From an uncultured Spirochaetota bacterium (GTDB lineage Bacteria; Spirochaetota; Brevinematia; Brevinematales; JAOACQ01): 64,000 nt of DNA. The translations under genes and the position numbers were made by a program. How positions within the stretch are numbered: position 1 is the first letter of the stretch; every line of letters begins with the position of its first letter. Below are positions 42,398 through 52,638 of the stretch, in pieces. The stretch lies in assembly GCA_963768055.1 (NCBI GenBank), contig CAVYGN010000002.1:1632001-1696000 (forward strand). Reading direction: 5' to 3'. Below the pieces are notes generated by a model. The model saw nothing but the letters and a program-made list of their open reading frames with translations, was not told the origin of the DNA and did no database searches.

Positions 42398-43674
42398 CAT
42401 TGCTGTCCAAATCAAATTCAGGAAAAGTTTAAAAACAATTGCGGATTTATCGGCTTAGAAGATTTTTGATGAAATGGAGCATTCAGCCAATCACACAAAT
42501 TTCTACGGGCAAACAGGTTTGTCGGGAGCACAGAGCAGAGGGTATAAACCGACCATTGGAAGCTTGATTTGAATTTCAAATAACTCAGCATCAAATAAGC
42601 GATCAAAGCGACCCATAATTGGGACAGCAACGCATTCCTAGACGTCCCCACGAAACTCTTAACAATTAACTGCTGCTTGATCGTTTTGAAGAATAATTCT
42701 ATCTGCCACCTGTCTTTATATATTTTGGCGATAGTCAATGCAGACCAATCGAAGTTATTAGTTATGAGTATGATGCTTTTTCCTGTTTCAGAATCGACCG
42801 ACCTTATTCGCCTCAACATGCCTGGATATTTCTTGGTGGAATTAAAGCCAGTCCATTCGATATTCTGATCGGAAGTTATATTCGGATGACTGGAAACGTC
42901 AAAACGTTCTAAAACCCTGTATTGAGAATTAGTTTTTAAACGGGTAACAAAGAATACACCAGCATTATCAAGGGCTTTCAGCCATTCAAATTTATTGTAG
43001 CCTCTGTCAAAAACAACGACATCGTCTTTTTCAAAAGGTATGGAAAGAGCCGCTTTTTGCTCATGAACATTCCCCTCAGTCATAATGACAAAAGAAGGCA
43101 GATACCCCGAATGATTAAGTTTAACATGTAATTTAACCGCTCCTTTTTTCTTTCGAAAAGTCGCCCAATTGTAGAGAGATAGGCACAAGTTAATTGTCGT
43201 AGCATCCAGACTATAGAGAGGATTTTTAAAACGAAAGTTATGGCGGGGTGCAATTTCCTGACATTTGGACAGCATCAGGTTGAATATAGACTGAAACAGT
43301 TCGTGGGTTCTATGCTCATTAGCATATGCAAGGGTTGATCGATGGATTGGCTTAATTCCAAGATGATAAAGGCAGGAAGCCTGAGTCGCCAATCCTGCCT
43401 CGATTCCTCGCAGGCTGTCTTGACCTGCCAATTGGCCGAAAAGCATAGCCGTAAAATGATTCCAAGAAGTGAAGCCTCGGGCATAATACTCGGTGCCTGC
43501 CTCTTGAACGGCATTTTGAAATTAAAATCTCGGGATCATTTGCAATAACTGTCCGATTATGGTAGAATTGTTCATAAAGCCTAATCTCCTTATTATATAA
43601 TGATTTAGGTTTGCCGACCCAAATTATTATAAGGCATGATTAGGCTTTTTCATAATTTAATTTGGACACGTGTG
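42398..43674 (-). mobile_element. IS4-family element
   Basis: IRs CATTGCTGTCCAAATCAAATT / CACACGTGTCCAAATTAAATT; no clear TSD. Confidence 0.8.
42418..43575 (-). pseudogene. IS4 transposase with nonsense codon at codon 18
   Basis: ATG 43575 MNNSTIIGQLLQMIPRF*FQNAV... (TAA 43522-43524) is in frame with LDAT, FDRGY and YKDRWQIELFFKTIKQ (YREK motif). Confidence 0.88.
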
Positions 43675-43901
43675 ATTTTCTCTTTCTGTTTGGTTTATGA
43701 GTAATATATTTGTAGCCCAATTTTTATCAATTCCTGTCCATACCTTTTGATAGCATTCGAAATGTTCCAACAATCGCAATGGGTTTTCACCACCTGTTTT
43801 TAAAGTTTTCCTTAAACTAAAATCAACTTCTATTTCTAATAATATGCCAGATCCGGCATCAGCATGAGCTTTTCTTAAAAAGATACAGCCATTACATTTC
43901 T

Positions 43902-44087
43902 TCATATTAAACCTTTATCTTTCATGAAATTAATAATAAGCTCCCTGACCTTCCCCGATGTCGAGTCGCCGTTTTTTACGCAGTACTCGTCAAGCCGCCG
44001 CTTGTGGATCAGGGGGATGAAGGCCCGGACCATCGCCTCGTTCTTGTTCTTTTTCTCCGGCCTGCCCCGCCCCCGCCGGTATAATTC
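43902..44087 (-). CDS. Possible small ribbon-helix-helix DNA-binding protein (start uncertain, may be a fragment)
   Basis: Manual translation ELYRRGRGRPEKKNKNEAMVRAFIPLIHKRRLDEYCVKNGDSTSGKVRELIINFM; stop overlaps the next ATG. Confidence 0.4.
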   Translation of the reverse strand, partial: ELYRRGRGRPEKKNKNEAMVRAFIPLIHKRRLDEYCVKNGDSTSGKVRELIINFMKDKGLI

Positions 44088-44089
44088 AA

Positions 44090-44464
44090 TTATATCTTTA
44101 TAGCCAAAATTCCAAATATAAATGTCACGTAAACTGATATTGAAAATATCAGTCCATAAACGTTTAATTCATTCCTGGAAATAATATTTATTGCATTCCC
44201 TATTGCTGTAATACAAATAAATACATACATTGTAACCCGGCAGTATATTGGGATGAATACCTTGGCTATATCATATCCTGGTCCAATAAACATGCCATTG
44301 AAGAAAGGCGCTACCAAAATATAACTTATTAAGTTTAATATAATAAGATATACGGCACCGGATACATATAATCCATTAGAATCATCTTGTTCTTTTTTAC
44401 TGGCATCACCTGCAGCATTAATTTTTACCTTATCGAATTCATCACCTGAATTAGTATAATCCAA
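44090..44464 (-). CDS. Hypothetical membrane protein
   Basis: Three hydrophobic segments. Confidence 0.5.
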   Translation of the reverse strand: MDYTNSGDEFDKVKINAAGDASKKEQDDSNGLYVSGAVYLIILNLISYILVAPFFNGMFIGPGYDIAKVFIPIYCRVTMYVFICITAIGNAINIISRNELNVYGLIFSISVYVTFIFGILAIKI

Positions 44465-44466
44465 AT

Positions 44467-44664
44467 TTATCCCCCTGCCGGTATTTTGATTGTTCCGGAC
44501 TCAAGAATTTGTTTTATTTTTTCTCTTTTCTTTTTATCTTCATCAGAAAATCCATAATTATAAAATAACAGACATTCATATAACCAGTTCAATTTGTCTT
44601 CATCCGAAAGTTTACTATATTCTATAATTTCCTTACGTATTTCTTCTTTTTCTTTTAAAGTCAT
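44467..44664 (-). CDS. Small partner of the nucleotidyltransferase
   Basis: LSDEDKLNWL motif; overlaps the upstream stop. Confidence 0.55.
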   Translation of the reverse strand: MTLKEKEEIRKEIIEYSKLSDEDKLNWLYECLLFYNYGFSDEDKKKREKIKQILESGTIKIPAGG

Positions 44665-45188
44665 ATACTAAAACCTTTACCTTTATTAATCCAGCTTTCA
44701 TTTTCCAACAATTTAACCTGTTTGAGTTTTTTTACATCGTCGAGATCCTTAACTCTTCCGCTTAATTTTTTCATTATCGTTAAATCGTCAAGGGAAACAA
44801 CTGAGACATTGATATTATTTATATTTTTAATAACTCGATTTTCATATGCTTTATTAAAATCGAGAGGTTGTTCTATAACGATATCGACAACTTCAAAATT
44901 CCTTTTTTCATTATAAAATGAAAAGATTTTCATGTTTTTATTATCTACCCATTCTTTTACTTTATTTTTATAGGCTAATAGTTCCGGTTTTAAAGGAACC
45001 CTTGGTACATACCCCAAATCTTCCATAGTGTGAACGAATTTTATTACATTTTCTTTATCCATACTAATTATTAAATCAATATCATTTGTTAATCTCTGGA
45101 CATTATAAAGATTTACAGCTAATCCCCCGACCACCAGGTATTTTATTTTATTTTCTTCCATGGAACCTAAAACATCAAAATAATACAT
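44661..45188 (-). CDS. Nucleotidyltransferase (DUF6036/AbiEii-like)
   Basis: VVGGLAV...RLTNDID...MKKLSGRVKDLDD. Confidence 0.8.
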   Translation of the reverse strand: MYYFDVLGSMEENKIKYLVVGGLAVNLYNVQRLTNDIDLIISMDKENVIKFVHTMEDLGYVPRVPLKPELLAYKNKVKEWVDNKNMKIFSFYNEKRNFEVVDIVIEQPLDFNKAYENRVIKNINNINVSVVSLDDLTIMKKLSGRVKDLDDVKKLKQVKLLENESWINKGKGFSI

Positions 45189-45363
45189 TTATAGACTCCT
45201 ATGGATTACATGCTTTGCATTTTTTATTACCAGGTAATTTTTTTATAAATTTTTATTCCTCTCAGTGATAATCCTTATAATTTACATCTGTTGCGTTTTC
45301 ATCCTCAAATTTATTTGAGGTTTTGCCGGCTGAATATTTCGGCCGGCATGATGCCGGCATAAT

Positions 45364-45765
45364 TCAACTTGAAGCAGATGCAGCCGGCCGACGCTGACGG
45401 TGATAATCCCTGCCCCTGTTTGCTTTCGTCTCCAAAAGGACATAATAAGGGGCAGAGTCTTTTACTTTTTTATGGGGCCGGGCGATAATCTCAAGGTCTA
45501 CTCCCAGGACGTTTAAGTATTCAATAAGTGTCGATATTCGCATGTCTTTCCTTTTTTCAATCTTTGATATGCTCACCTGGGAAAATCCCTTCATGTCTTC
45601 CTGCCTGACCCCAAGCGCCTGACGCATATTTTTCAGCCGGTACTGCAAGGACATCGCCTCGCCTTTTCTGTAAGCTTCTTTTACCTTTTCGATTGGCAGC
45701 CGAGCCTCTACCTTATCGAAGAAATTTGTTGCAACTTTCCTACCTTCCTTCCTTTCCTCCGTCAT
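45364..45765 (-). CDS. XRE-HTH antitoxin (HigA-like)
   Basis: LKNMRQALGVRQ...SQVSISKIEKRKDMRISTL; downstream of toxin. Confidence 0.8.
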   Translation of the reverse strand: MTEERKEGRKVATNFFDKVEARLPIEKVKEAYRKGEAMSLQYRLKNMRQALGVRQEDMKGFSQVSISKIEKRKDMRISTLIEYLNVLGVDLEIIARPHKKVKDSAPYYVLLETKANRGRDYHRQRRPAASASS

Positions 45766-45825
45766 ATTTGACTCCTATAATCTTATATAATTTTCATATT
45801 TAAATAAATACAGTCCTGTTTAATA

Positions 45826-46176
45826 TTATTTGTACTTGTCGAAAATATCGTCGGCTACAGGTATCATCTCCTTGTAAAATCGTTTATTACCTCTTTTATC
45901 ACCGCCTATAATAAGTACCCCTTCCTGCCTTGAATTAAAAGCAAAGAAGATTCTGAAGATATGCTTGTCATGCGAAAATCTGAGTTCTTTCATATTACTA
46001 TGCCTGCTCTTTTCAATCTTGCCAACACGCGGACGAACGAGTATTGGCCCATCAATGCTTAATGGTGTAACAAAAGCAATTATAACCAACTGCGTTTCTT
46101 CGTCTAAATTTATAAACCATTCGTCGAACTCGTCAGTACTTGTTATCACCCATTTGCCCGAATTTAATAACATCAT
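45826..46176 (-). CDS. RelE/HigB-like toxin (Gp49/DUF891 type)
   Basis: EFDEWF...GP.L.RP...MKELR...RIFFAF...GGDK...IPVAD. Confidence 0.85.
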   Translation of the reverse strand: MMLLNSGKWVITSTDEFDEWFINLDEETQLVIIAFVTPLSIDGPILVRPRVGKIEKSRHSNMKELRFSHDKHIFRIFFAFNSRQEGVLIIGGDKRGNKRFYKEMIPVADDIFDKYK

Positions 46177-46827
46177 TGACCTCCTGTATATAATATAACA
46201 TATTGTGAATATATCGTCAAGTGAATATGGATTCTATTATTGCATGTTGGTAGCGGACGGGGTAGCCATCCGGATTTACCCCCGGAGGGGGTGCGGCGGG
46301 CACGATTCAAGTAGATTCGCCGTTATCGGCCACGTTCGTCAGAAAAATGGCAGCTTATCCGGTAAATAGCCGATTTTATTGACTATTAAGAATAGAGGCC
46401 CTCAAAACACTCAACATGGGGCCCTCTTTTATACCCCGGTGAGGGGTTCATCCGCCATTTTGTCGGGGTGGGCAAAAATACCCATGTTCCATTCCAAAAA
46501 TTATATTATATTCGGAACTCTACTTTGCTCCTGGTTACACGAATACTCCCATAGGGCCTTTTATATAGAAATATCCTATATTTTAGGGGTGTTTTTGCCA
46601 AAATATGGTCCGTTTTAATGTCAAATGTTGTGATATTGATATGTTTCACAAGCTGTTATTTTGTAGATGACATTTTTAATTAAATAGATTCTGGTTTACA
46701 TCGCCAAAAACAGTATAACAAAATAATTGCAAAAACAGATAAGATGGTTGTATCATAACTAATGATGAGTTGCCATGTTACAAGGTTATTTAAATTTGTT
46801 TTATAATTTGTATAAATAGGAGAGTTT

Positions 46828-46971
46828 ATGAAGAGCGGTTTCTTTGGATATAGTTCTAATCCGCCATCCTCTGGTGACTCAATTGAACTTGATAATAAAG
46901 AAAGGAATAAAATTCTGAAAGAAGCTAAATATGTAACCGACTGGATATATGAAGTGATTAAGAAGATATGA
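46828..46971 (+). pseudogene. Short relic ORF, possibly a collapsed larger gene
   Basis: AGGAG RBS; MKSGFFGYSSNPPSSGDSIE resembles N-termini of some large P-loop proteins; stops after 47 aa. Confidence 0.3.
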
Positions 46972-47063
46972 TCTTGAAATTGAAATAAATAAACTCAAGT
47001 AATAAGCAATGATTGTGATTTTTCCGATATTATGCATCATGAGAGAATTAGTTTAGAAATATT

Positions 47064-49544
47064 TTGGATTTTATAATGTCAGAATTGGAAGATTTAAAGA
47101 ACCAGATTCAAGTCTTGAGACTCGATAATAAAATATTAAATGAAGAAAACAATCGGCTTAAGAATTTGCTAGCAACCAATGGAAAACAAACCCATGTTTC
47201 TTTACCTGTCCCGGTTAATTCTGATAATACAAAGAATAAAAATTTAAGGCCAAATTACAAAACGCAAATTATAAATCAGCATTCTGACAATGCGGCAAAG
47301 ATCATGCTATTTAGAAGTCTTTTTAGGGGACGGGAAGATATTTATGTCGCCCGCTGGGAGTCTCAGAAGGGCAAATCTGGTTATTCGCCGGTTTGTACAA
47401 ATGAATGGAATCGAAAATTCTGTAAAAAACCTATAATAAAATGTGGAGAATGTGATAACAAGAAATATGCTACTCTTACAGACAAAACTATTTCGGATCA
47501 CTTATCCGGAAAAATTACCATCGGTATTTATCCGATGCTTCAGGATGAAAATTGTTACTTTCTGACTTGTGATTTTGATGATAAAGAAGCCCGCCTTAAT
47601 TGGCAGGAAGATGCTCTCACATATTTGAAAATCTGCAAGGATATGAATATTCCCGCTTATCTTGAGCGTTCCCGGTCAGGAAAAGGCGGACATATATGGA
47701 TATTTTTTGAAACAAAAATTCCCGCATTTCAAGCCAGAAAACTGGGGTTTATTATTCTTACTAAATCTATGGATAACCGATACCAGATCGGTTTATCGTC
47801 TTATGACCGTTTTTTCCCAAACCAGGACACGATACCAAAAGGCGGTTTCGGCAACCTGATAGCTTTGCCTCTTCAGCATAAGCCCAGAATTGATGGAAAC
47901 AGTGTTTTCATTAATGAATCGGCGGAACCATTCCCGGATCAATGGTCATTCATGTCCAGCATTGTTAAAATGTCTCAATTAAATGTCAACAAAATAGTAT
48001 CAGACAATTATCGGCAAGCATTTTCTTTCGGTATTCATACACATCTTGAAAATGAAGAGCTTGAACCCTGGAATATAATCCCTTCTCCGGCTTTAAATGA
48101 ACCCTTAAAATGTGATAATCTTCCTGATAAATTGGATATTGTTTTATCCAATATGATTTTTATTGATATCAGAAATCTGCCATCCCTTCTAATAAACAGG
48201 ATACGTAAACTGGCGGCTTTTCAAAATCCGGAGTTTTACAGGGCCCAGGCAATGCGCCTCAATACTTTTGGAAAGCCCAGGATAATAAGCTCGGCCGAAG
48301 AATATCCGAACCACATCGGTATTCCCAGAGGCTGCCTGGACGATTTAAAGGAATTATTAAAAGCCAATCATATTGAATTGAAAATAGAGGATAAAAGATG
48401 TGCCGGTATACCTATTGTAGCAAGTTTTAACGGGAAGCTCCGTCCGATTCAGGAAAAGGCCTTAACATCAGTATTGGAATATGAAATAGGGGTTTTATCC
48501 GCGGGAACAGCTTTTGGTAAAACAGTTGTTGGAGCGGCACTGATTGCAAAGAGAAAAGTAAGTACGCTCATTTTAGTGCATCGTAAACAATTAATGGATC
48601 AATGGAAACAAAGACTATTAATGTTTCTGGAACTTCCTGATAAGGCTATAGGTCAAATTGGAGGCAGTAAAGATAAATCGACAAAAATTATTGATATCGC
48701 TATGCTCCAGACTTTGAATCGTAAGGGTAAAATCAAAGATATCGTTAGTGAATACGGTCTTGTGATAGTTGATGAATGCCATCATATTTCAGCATTCAGC
48801 TTTGAACAGGTTATGAAGACGGCTAAAGCAAAATATGTGCTTGGCCTTACCGCTACGCCTACACGTAAGGACGGGCATCAACCAATATTATTTATGCAAT
48901 GTGGCCCTATTCGATTTAAAATCCAAAACAAGGATATTGCAGACCAGAAGGTTTTAAAACATACTGTCATACCTAAATACACGAATTTTTGTTCCACAAC
49001 AGGGTTTTTTAGCAATACAAATGATAAAAGCATTCAGGATATTTATTCCGAGCTGATTCAGGATAAAAATAGAAACCAAATTATTCTTAATGATGTAATA
49101 ACTGCACTGGAAAATAAAAGAATACCCCTCCTTCTGACCGAAAGAAAAGAGCATGTCGATTTTTTCGAGAAAGAGTTAAGCCCGGTTGTAAAAAATATTA
49201 TTGTAATGCGTGCCGGGATGGGTAAAAAGAAGTTTGAAGAAAAAATGAAAATGCTTTTTAATTTTAGAGACGACGAATCGAGAATTATTATTTCTACAGG
49301 GAAATACATTGGCGAAGGATTTGATGATGCGAGACTTGATACGCTTTTCCTGGCGATGCCGGTGTCATGGAGAGGTACTTTGGAGCAATATGTAGGCAGG
49401 TTGCACCGGAATCATCATTCAAAAAAAGAGCTTATTGTTTATGATTATGTGGATATCAACGAACCTGTGTTGAAAAGGATGTTTGAAAAAAGGCTTAGGG
49501 GCTATAAAGCGATAGGATATGAGGTAAATGGAGATCTACCCTGA
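47064..49544 (+). CDS. AEP-like primase domain fused to SF2 helicase (TOTE-type / type III Res-like)
   Basis: LFRGRED, IGIYP...DFD, ERSRSGKGGHIWIFF, GNLIALPL; then TAFGKT, DECHH, TAT, GRLHR. Confidence 0.88.
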   Translation: MDFIMSELEDLKNQIQVLRLDNKILNEENNRLKNLLATNGKQTHVSLPVPVNSDNTKNKNLRPNYKTQIINQHSDNAAKIMLFRSLFRGREDIYVARWESQKGKSGYSPVCTNEWNRKFCKKPIIKCGECDNKKYATLTDKTISDHLSGKITIGIYPMLQDENCYFLTCDFDDKEARLNWQEDALTYLKICKDMNIPAYLERSRSGKGGHIWIFFETKIPAFQARKLGFIILTKSMDNRYQIGLSSYDRFFPNQDTIPKGGFGNLIALPLQHKPRIDGNSVFINESAEPFPDQWSFMSSIVKMSQLNVNKIVSDNYRQAFSFGIHTHLENEELEPWNIIPSPALNEPLKCDNLPDKLDIVLSNMIFIDIRNLPSLLINRIRKLAAFQNPEFYRAQAMRLNTFGKPRIISSAEEYPNHIGIPRGCLDDLKELLKANHIELKIEDKRCAGIPIVASFNGKLRPIQEKALTSVLEYEIGVLSAGTAFGKTVVGAALIAKRKVSTLILVHRKQLMDQWKQRLLMFLELPDKAIGQIGGSKDKSTKIIDIAMLQTLNRKGKIKDIVSEYGLVIVDECHHISAFSFEQVMKTAKAKYVLGLTATPTRKDGHQPILFMQCGPIRFKIQNKDIADQKVLKHTVIPKYTNFCSTTGFFSNTNDKSIQDIYSELIQDKNRNQIILNDVITALENKRIPLLLTERKEHVDFFEKELSPVVKNIIVMRAGMGKKKFEEKMKMLFNFRDDESRIIISTGKYIGEGFDDARLDTLFLAMPVSWRGTLEQYVGRLHRNHHSKKELIVYDYVDINEPVLKRMFEKRLRGYKAIGYEVNGDLP

Positions 49545-49714
49545 TGGCGCTTCAAGCGGGTTATCCTCCATTAGACTTTAGTCTTATAAAAAAAGAAAAA
49601 AGAGAGGAATATTTTAAAGCGGTAAATTCGGGACTTGATAGAAATTATCTGCCGATGGGATCTATTTTTAGAGAGGTGATTAATTTGACTATCAGTATTC
49701 GGGCAGGCAAATAA
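49544..49714 (+). pseudogene. C-terminal fragment of a Fic-family protein
   Basis: MALQAGYPPLDF...EYFKAVNSGLDRNYLPM..IF; the HPFxxGNGR motif is absent. Confidence 0.55.
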
Positions 49715-49874
49715 CTTTAGGAGAATCCTTTTCTTTTAATTTTTTAATAATATTAGAGCTTACAGTTTCTATTTCAATAGCCGAAGAAGAAATTACGTTA
49801 TTAATAATCAATTTTTCATACTGCTCAATATTTTGAAGGTATGGGTTTGTTTTCGATAAAGGTAACTCTTTCAT
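49692..49874 (-). CDS. Small protein, possible Fic antitoxin
   Basis: SSSAIE resembles the (S/T)xxxE inhibitory motif; convergent with the Fic fragment. Confidence 0.45.
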   Translation of the reverse strand: MKELPLSKTNPYLQNIEQYEKLIINNVISSSAIEIETVSSNIIKKLKEKDSPKVICLPEY

Positions 49875-50168
49875 ATTAATATTTTAATGATTTTAGTTTT
49901 TGAAGTCAATTTTTATCCTTCAATTATTATACAAATGATGATGTTGAAATTCTCGGCGGTTTTCTTCGTTTGAAAAGTTATATAAATTTATTATAAAAAT
50001 TGACATAAAAACTTACTGTTTTTACTATATATTAATGCTATTTCAAAGCTGTTTTGATACCGTATCGATACCGTTTTGATACGATGCAAATTTGGTAAAG
50101 TTTCGAATAGGTGAGCTCGAACTCTATATTTTGCAATGAGTTAGGAAATATCAGAAAAATTCTTCGGC

Positions 50169-50184
50169 TCCCGCTCTCTCCGAT
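50169..50184 (+). repeat. att-like direct repeat, copy 1 (tRNA 3'-end-like)
   Basis: TCCCGCTCTCTCCGAT, identical to 63958-63973; preceded by GATAC repeats at ~50056-50082. Confidence 0.75.
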
Positions 50185-50494
50185 CCTTATCTAAGTCTAT
50201 GCAGTGCAAGTAATTGTGAAATCAGGTATCTCAAAATATTACAGATTATATGAAGTAATAAGTATTTTTGTTATAAACAATTCTTATCTTTCTTCATTGC
50301 CTTCAAAATTTATATGAATTCTTCACCCCATCTCTATTTCGCTTACTAGACTCAACTGAATTTTTGAAAGATTTTTGAGATGGGTTTAGAATATAGAAAC
50401 CGAACAGCATCGTTAATCAAAGGGTGGGATAATAAAATAGGTGTAAATTGGAAATTTCAATAAGGAAAGAGGGACATCTAAGGAGTTATTTAAT

Positions 50495-50937
50495 TCATCT
50501 CCTGACTCTGAGTTTGTCAAGAGCCGGATTGTAAATGCGTCAAGGGACATATTTAAAACATGGACTGACCCGGATCATCTTAAAAATTGGTGGGGACCGA
50601 AAGGTTTTACAAATACATTTAAGCAATTCGATTTCCGACCGGGTGGAAAGTGGATTTTTATTATGCATGGGCCGGACGGAATTGATTATCCCAATGAATG
50701 GGAGTTTATAAAGATTGTTGACCCTCAACTCATAATAATAAATCATAATGTACAACCGGTATTTCAAATTATTTCCGAATTACAAGAACAATCAATAGAT
50801 AAAACAAAAGTTACCTAGAGATCGGTATTTCCCACTCCTGAAGTTGCAACAGAATTAAACCCTTTGCTTTTGAAAAAAACGAAGAAAATCTCGATAGACT
50901 TGAAGATGAACTAAAAAAAATGATAAAAAACTCCTAA
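50495..50937 (+). pseudogene. SRPBCC/AHSA1-family pseudogene
   Basis: WTDPDHLKNWWGPKGFTNT..FDFRPGGKW.FIMHGPDG; no start codon, internal TAG. Confidence 0.8.
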
Positions 50938-50963
50938 AAATAAAATTGAGTTTGGAGGAATAA

Positions 50964-51341
50964 ATGAACGCTACACAGTTACCCTTTCTGGTAGAAGGAA
51001 TTCTAATGTTAACAGCCGGGATCTTCGGAGTTCTTCTAGACAGGGCTGGAAAACCCTATGGTAAAGTAAAGCTTGTAATTCACCTATTTTTCTTTCTCTG
51101 GTTCGCTGTAGGTTTCAGCTTCATATCATACGGGATTCTAACTATGAGTAGTGCTACAAAGGGAATTTGGATCCCTGTTTCCATAATGGGTCTGGCGATA
51201 TTAGTTCAGCTGTTTACGGGAATAAAGATTCTGTTTTCCAAAAAATCAGGAAAGGTGTTGCCTAAAATCCACCTGATTTCAGCAATTATAATGCTTTTAT
51301 CCGATATCTTTGCTTTTATTATAACCGGGTTTCGTGCTTGA
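50964..51341 (+). CDS. Four-TM hypothetical membrane protein
   Basis: GGAGG RBS; four hydrophobic segments. Confidence 0.65.
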   Translation: MNATQLPFLVEGILMLTAGIFGVLLDRAGKPYGKVKLVIHLFFFLWFAVGFSFISYGILTMSSATKGIWIPVSIMGLAILVQLFTGIKILFSKKSGKVLPKIHLISAIIMLLSDIFAFIITGFRA

Positions 51342-51481
51342 AGGAACCTTATGAGAAAGATTATTGTTCTATTATTTATAACTCAAAAACCGGATCGTTT
51401 GTGTCAGCAGTAGACAGGTGTGCCAAAAATGATTAGTGTTGTTATAAAGATAGCAAACTATAGTGGTTCAAGGGGGATTTT

Positions 51482-51931
51482 ATGAAAATATCCAATCCTA
51501 AAATAACTCCATTTCTGTGGTTTGATAACAATGCTCGGGAAGCAGTAAAATTTTATACCTCGATCTTCAAAAATTCAAAGATAATCAGTCTTGATGACAT
51601 GGTTTCAACCTTCGAAATTGAAAGGCAGACCTTTATGGCGTTAAACGGAGGCCCTGCTTTTAAATTTACAGAGGCTATATCATTCTACATATCCTGCGAA
51701 ACTCAGGAAGAAGTGGATTATTACTGGAAAGAGCTGCAGCGTGACGGCGGCAGTCCGGTGCAATGCGGCTGGTTAAAAGACAGGTTCGGCCTGTCCTGGC
51801 AGATTGTACCGGATATTTTAAGAGAAATGATGAATAGCCCTGATAAGCAAAAAAGAGAAAAGGTCCTGCAGGCAATTTTGAAAATGATAAAAATTGATTT
51901 TGATGCACTGAAAAAAGCTTTTGAAGAATAG
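51482..51931 (+). CDS. VOC family protein (PhnB/3-dmu-9 MTase-like)
   Basis: KITPFLWFD, ALNGGP, QCGWLKDRFGLSWQIVP. Confidence 0.9.
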   Translation: MKISNPKITPFLWFDNNAREAVKFYTSIFKNSKIISLDDMVSTFEIERQTFMALNGGPAFKFTEAISFYISCETQEEVDYYWKELQRDGGSPVQCGWLKDRFGLSWQIVPDILREMMNSPDKQKREKVLQAILKMIKIDFDALKKAFEE

Positions 51932-52021
51932 CAATGGTATTATTAAATTGAATTTTATCTAATAACTATTTGCCCTTATTAAAGTTAAAAGGAGCAAAGC
52001 TGATGGCCATCAAAGCTGAAT

Positions 52022-52383
52022 TGTATTCGTCAAGTTAAAATACCCAAAAAAATCGCGTAAAATTACCCATGTGGTGATGGGTAAATTTATCAGCTTTTTT
52101 GCCTCATCAAAGCATGTTTCATTCGGTAACTTTCTCCTTCAAATATAATCAAATGGCCATGATGTATTAGCCTGTCGATCATGGCTGCCGCCATCTGGTC
52201 ATCGGTAAATAAAGCCCCCCATTTCGAGAACTCCAGGTTTGTTGTAATTATCAGGCTCCTCCTCTCATAACTATCCGATATGATCCTGAATAATAATTGA
52301 GCACCCTGTTTGTCTATTGGAACATAGCCCCATTCATCAATGATCAAAAGCTCGGCTCTTAGTATATTTTTAAGCACAAACAT
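52022..52383 (-). pseudogene. istB: IS21 remnant: IstB C-terminus plus one terminal repeat region
   Basis: LLIIDEWGY, ITTNL, AMIDRL, GESYR; TG-start end with repeated AAA(A/T)TACCCA. Confidence 0.8.
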
Positions 52384-52638
52384 TCATGGATGATAAAATC
52401 ATTAATCTTTTAAGAGAGGCTGGAGCAAAATAGAGGGGGTATAGAAAAAACTGTGTAAATGGTCATTTTGTTTTAAAAAGAGCATTTTTCTTTAGAGGAC
52501 AATATAAAAAACACTTTGGATTATGATTTAACACTTATTGCAAGGCATATTGCACAAAATGAAAATATGCCTCCAAAGTTCACGTTTTTTAATGAACGAA
52601 ATAACCAACAGGCAAGAACACGCCATTCTTTCGCCAAA

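Noticed and set aside
43632..43641. AGGCATGATT as an eighth copy of the 12-bp repeat
   Set aside because: Partial match inside the IS4 hairpin, 40 kb away; probably chance.
50100..50190. Complete tRNA gene at either att-like repeat
   Set aside because: Only the 3' fragment is present; the upstream sequence lacks GTTCGA at the right position and a cloverleaf.
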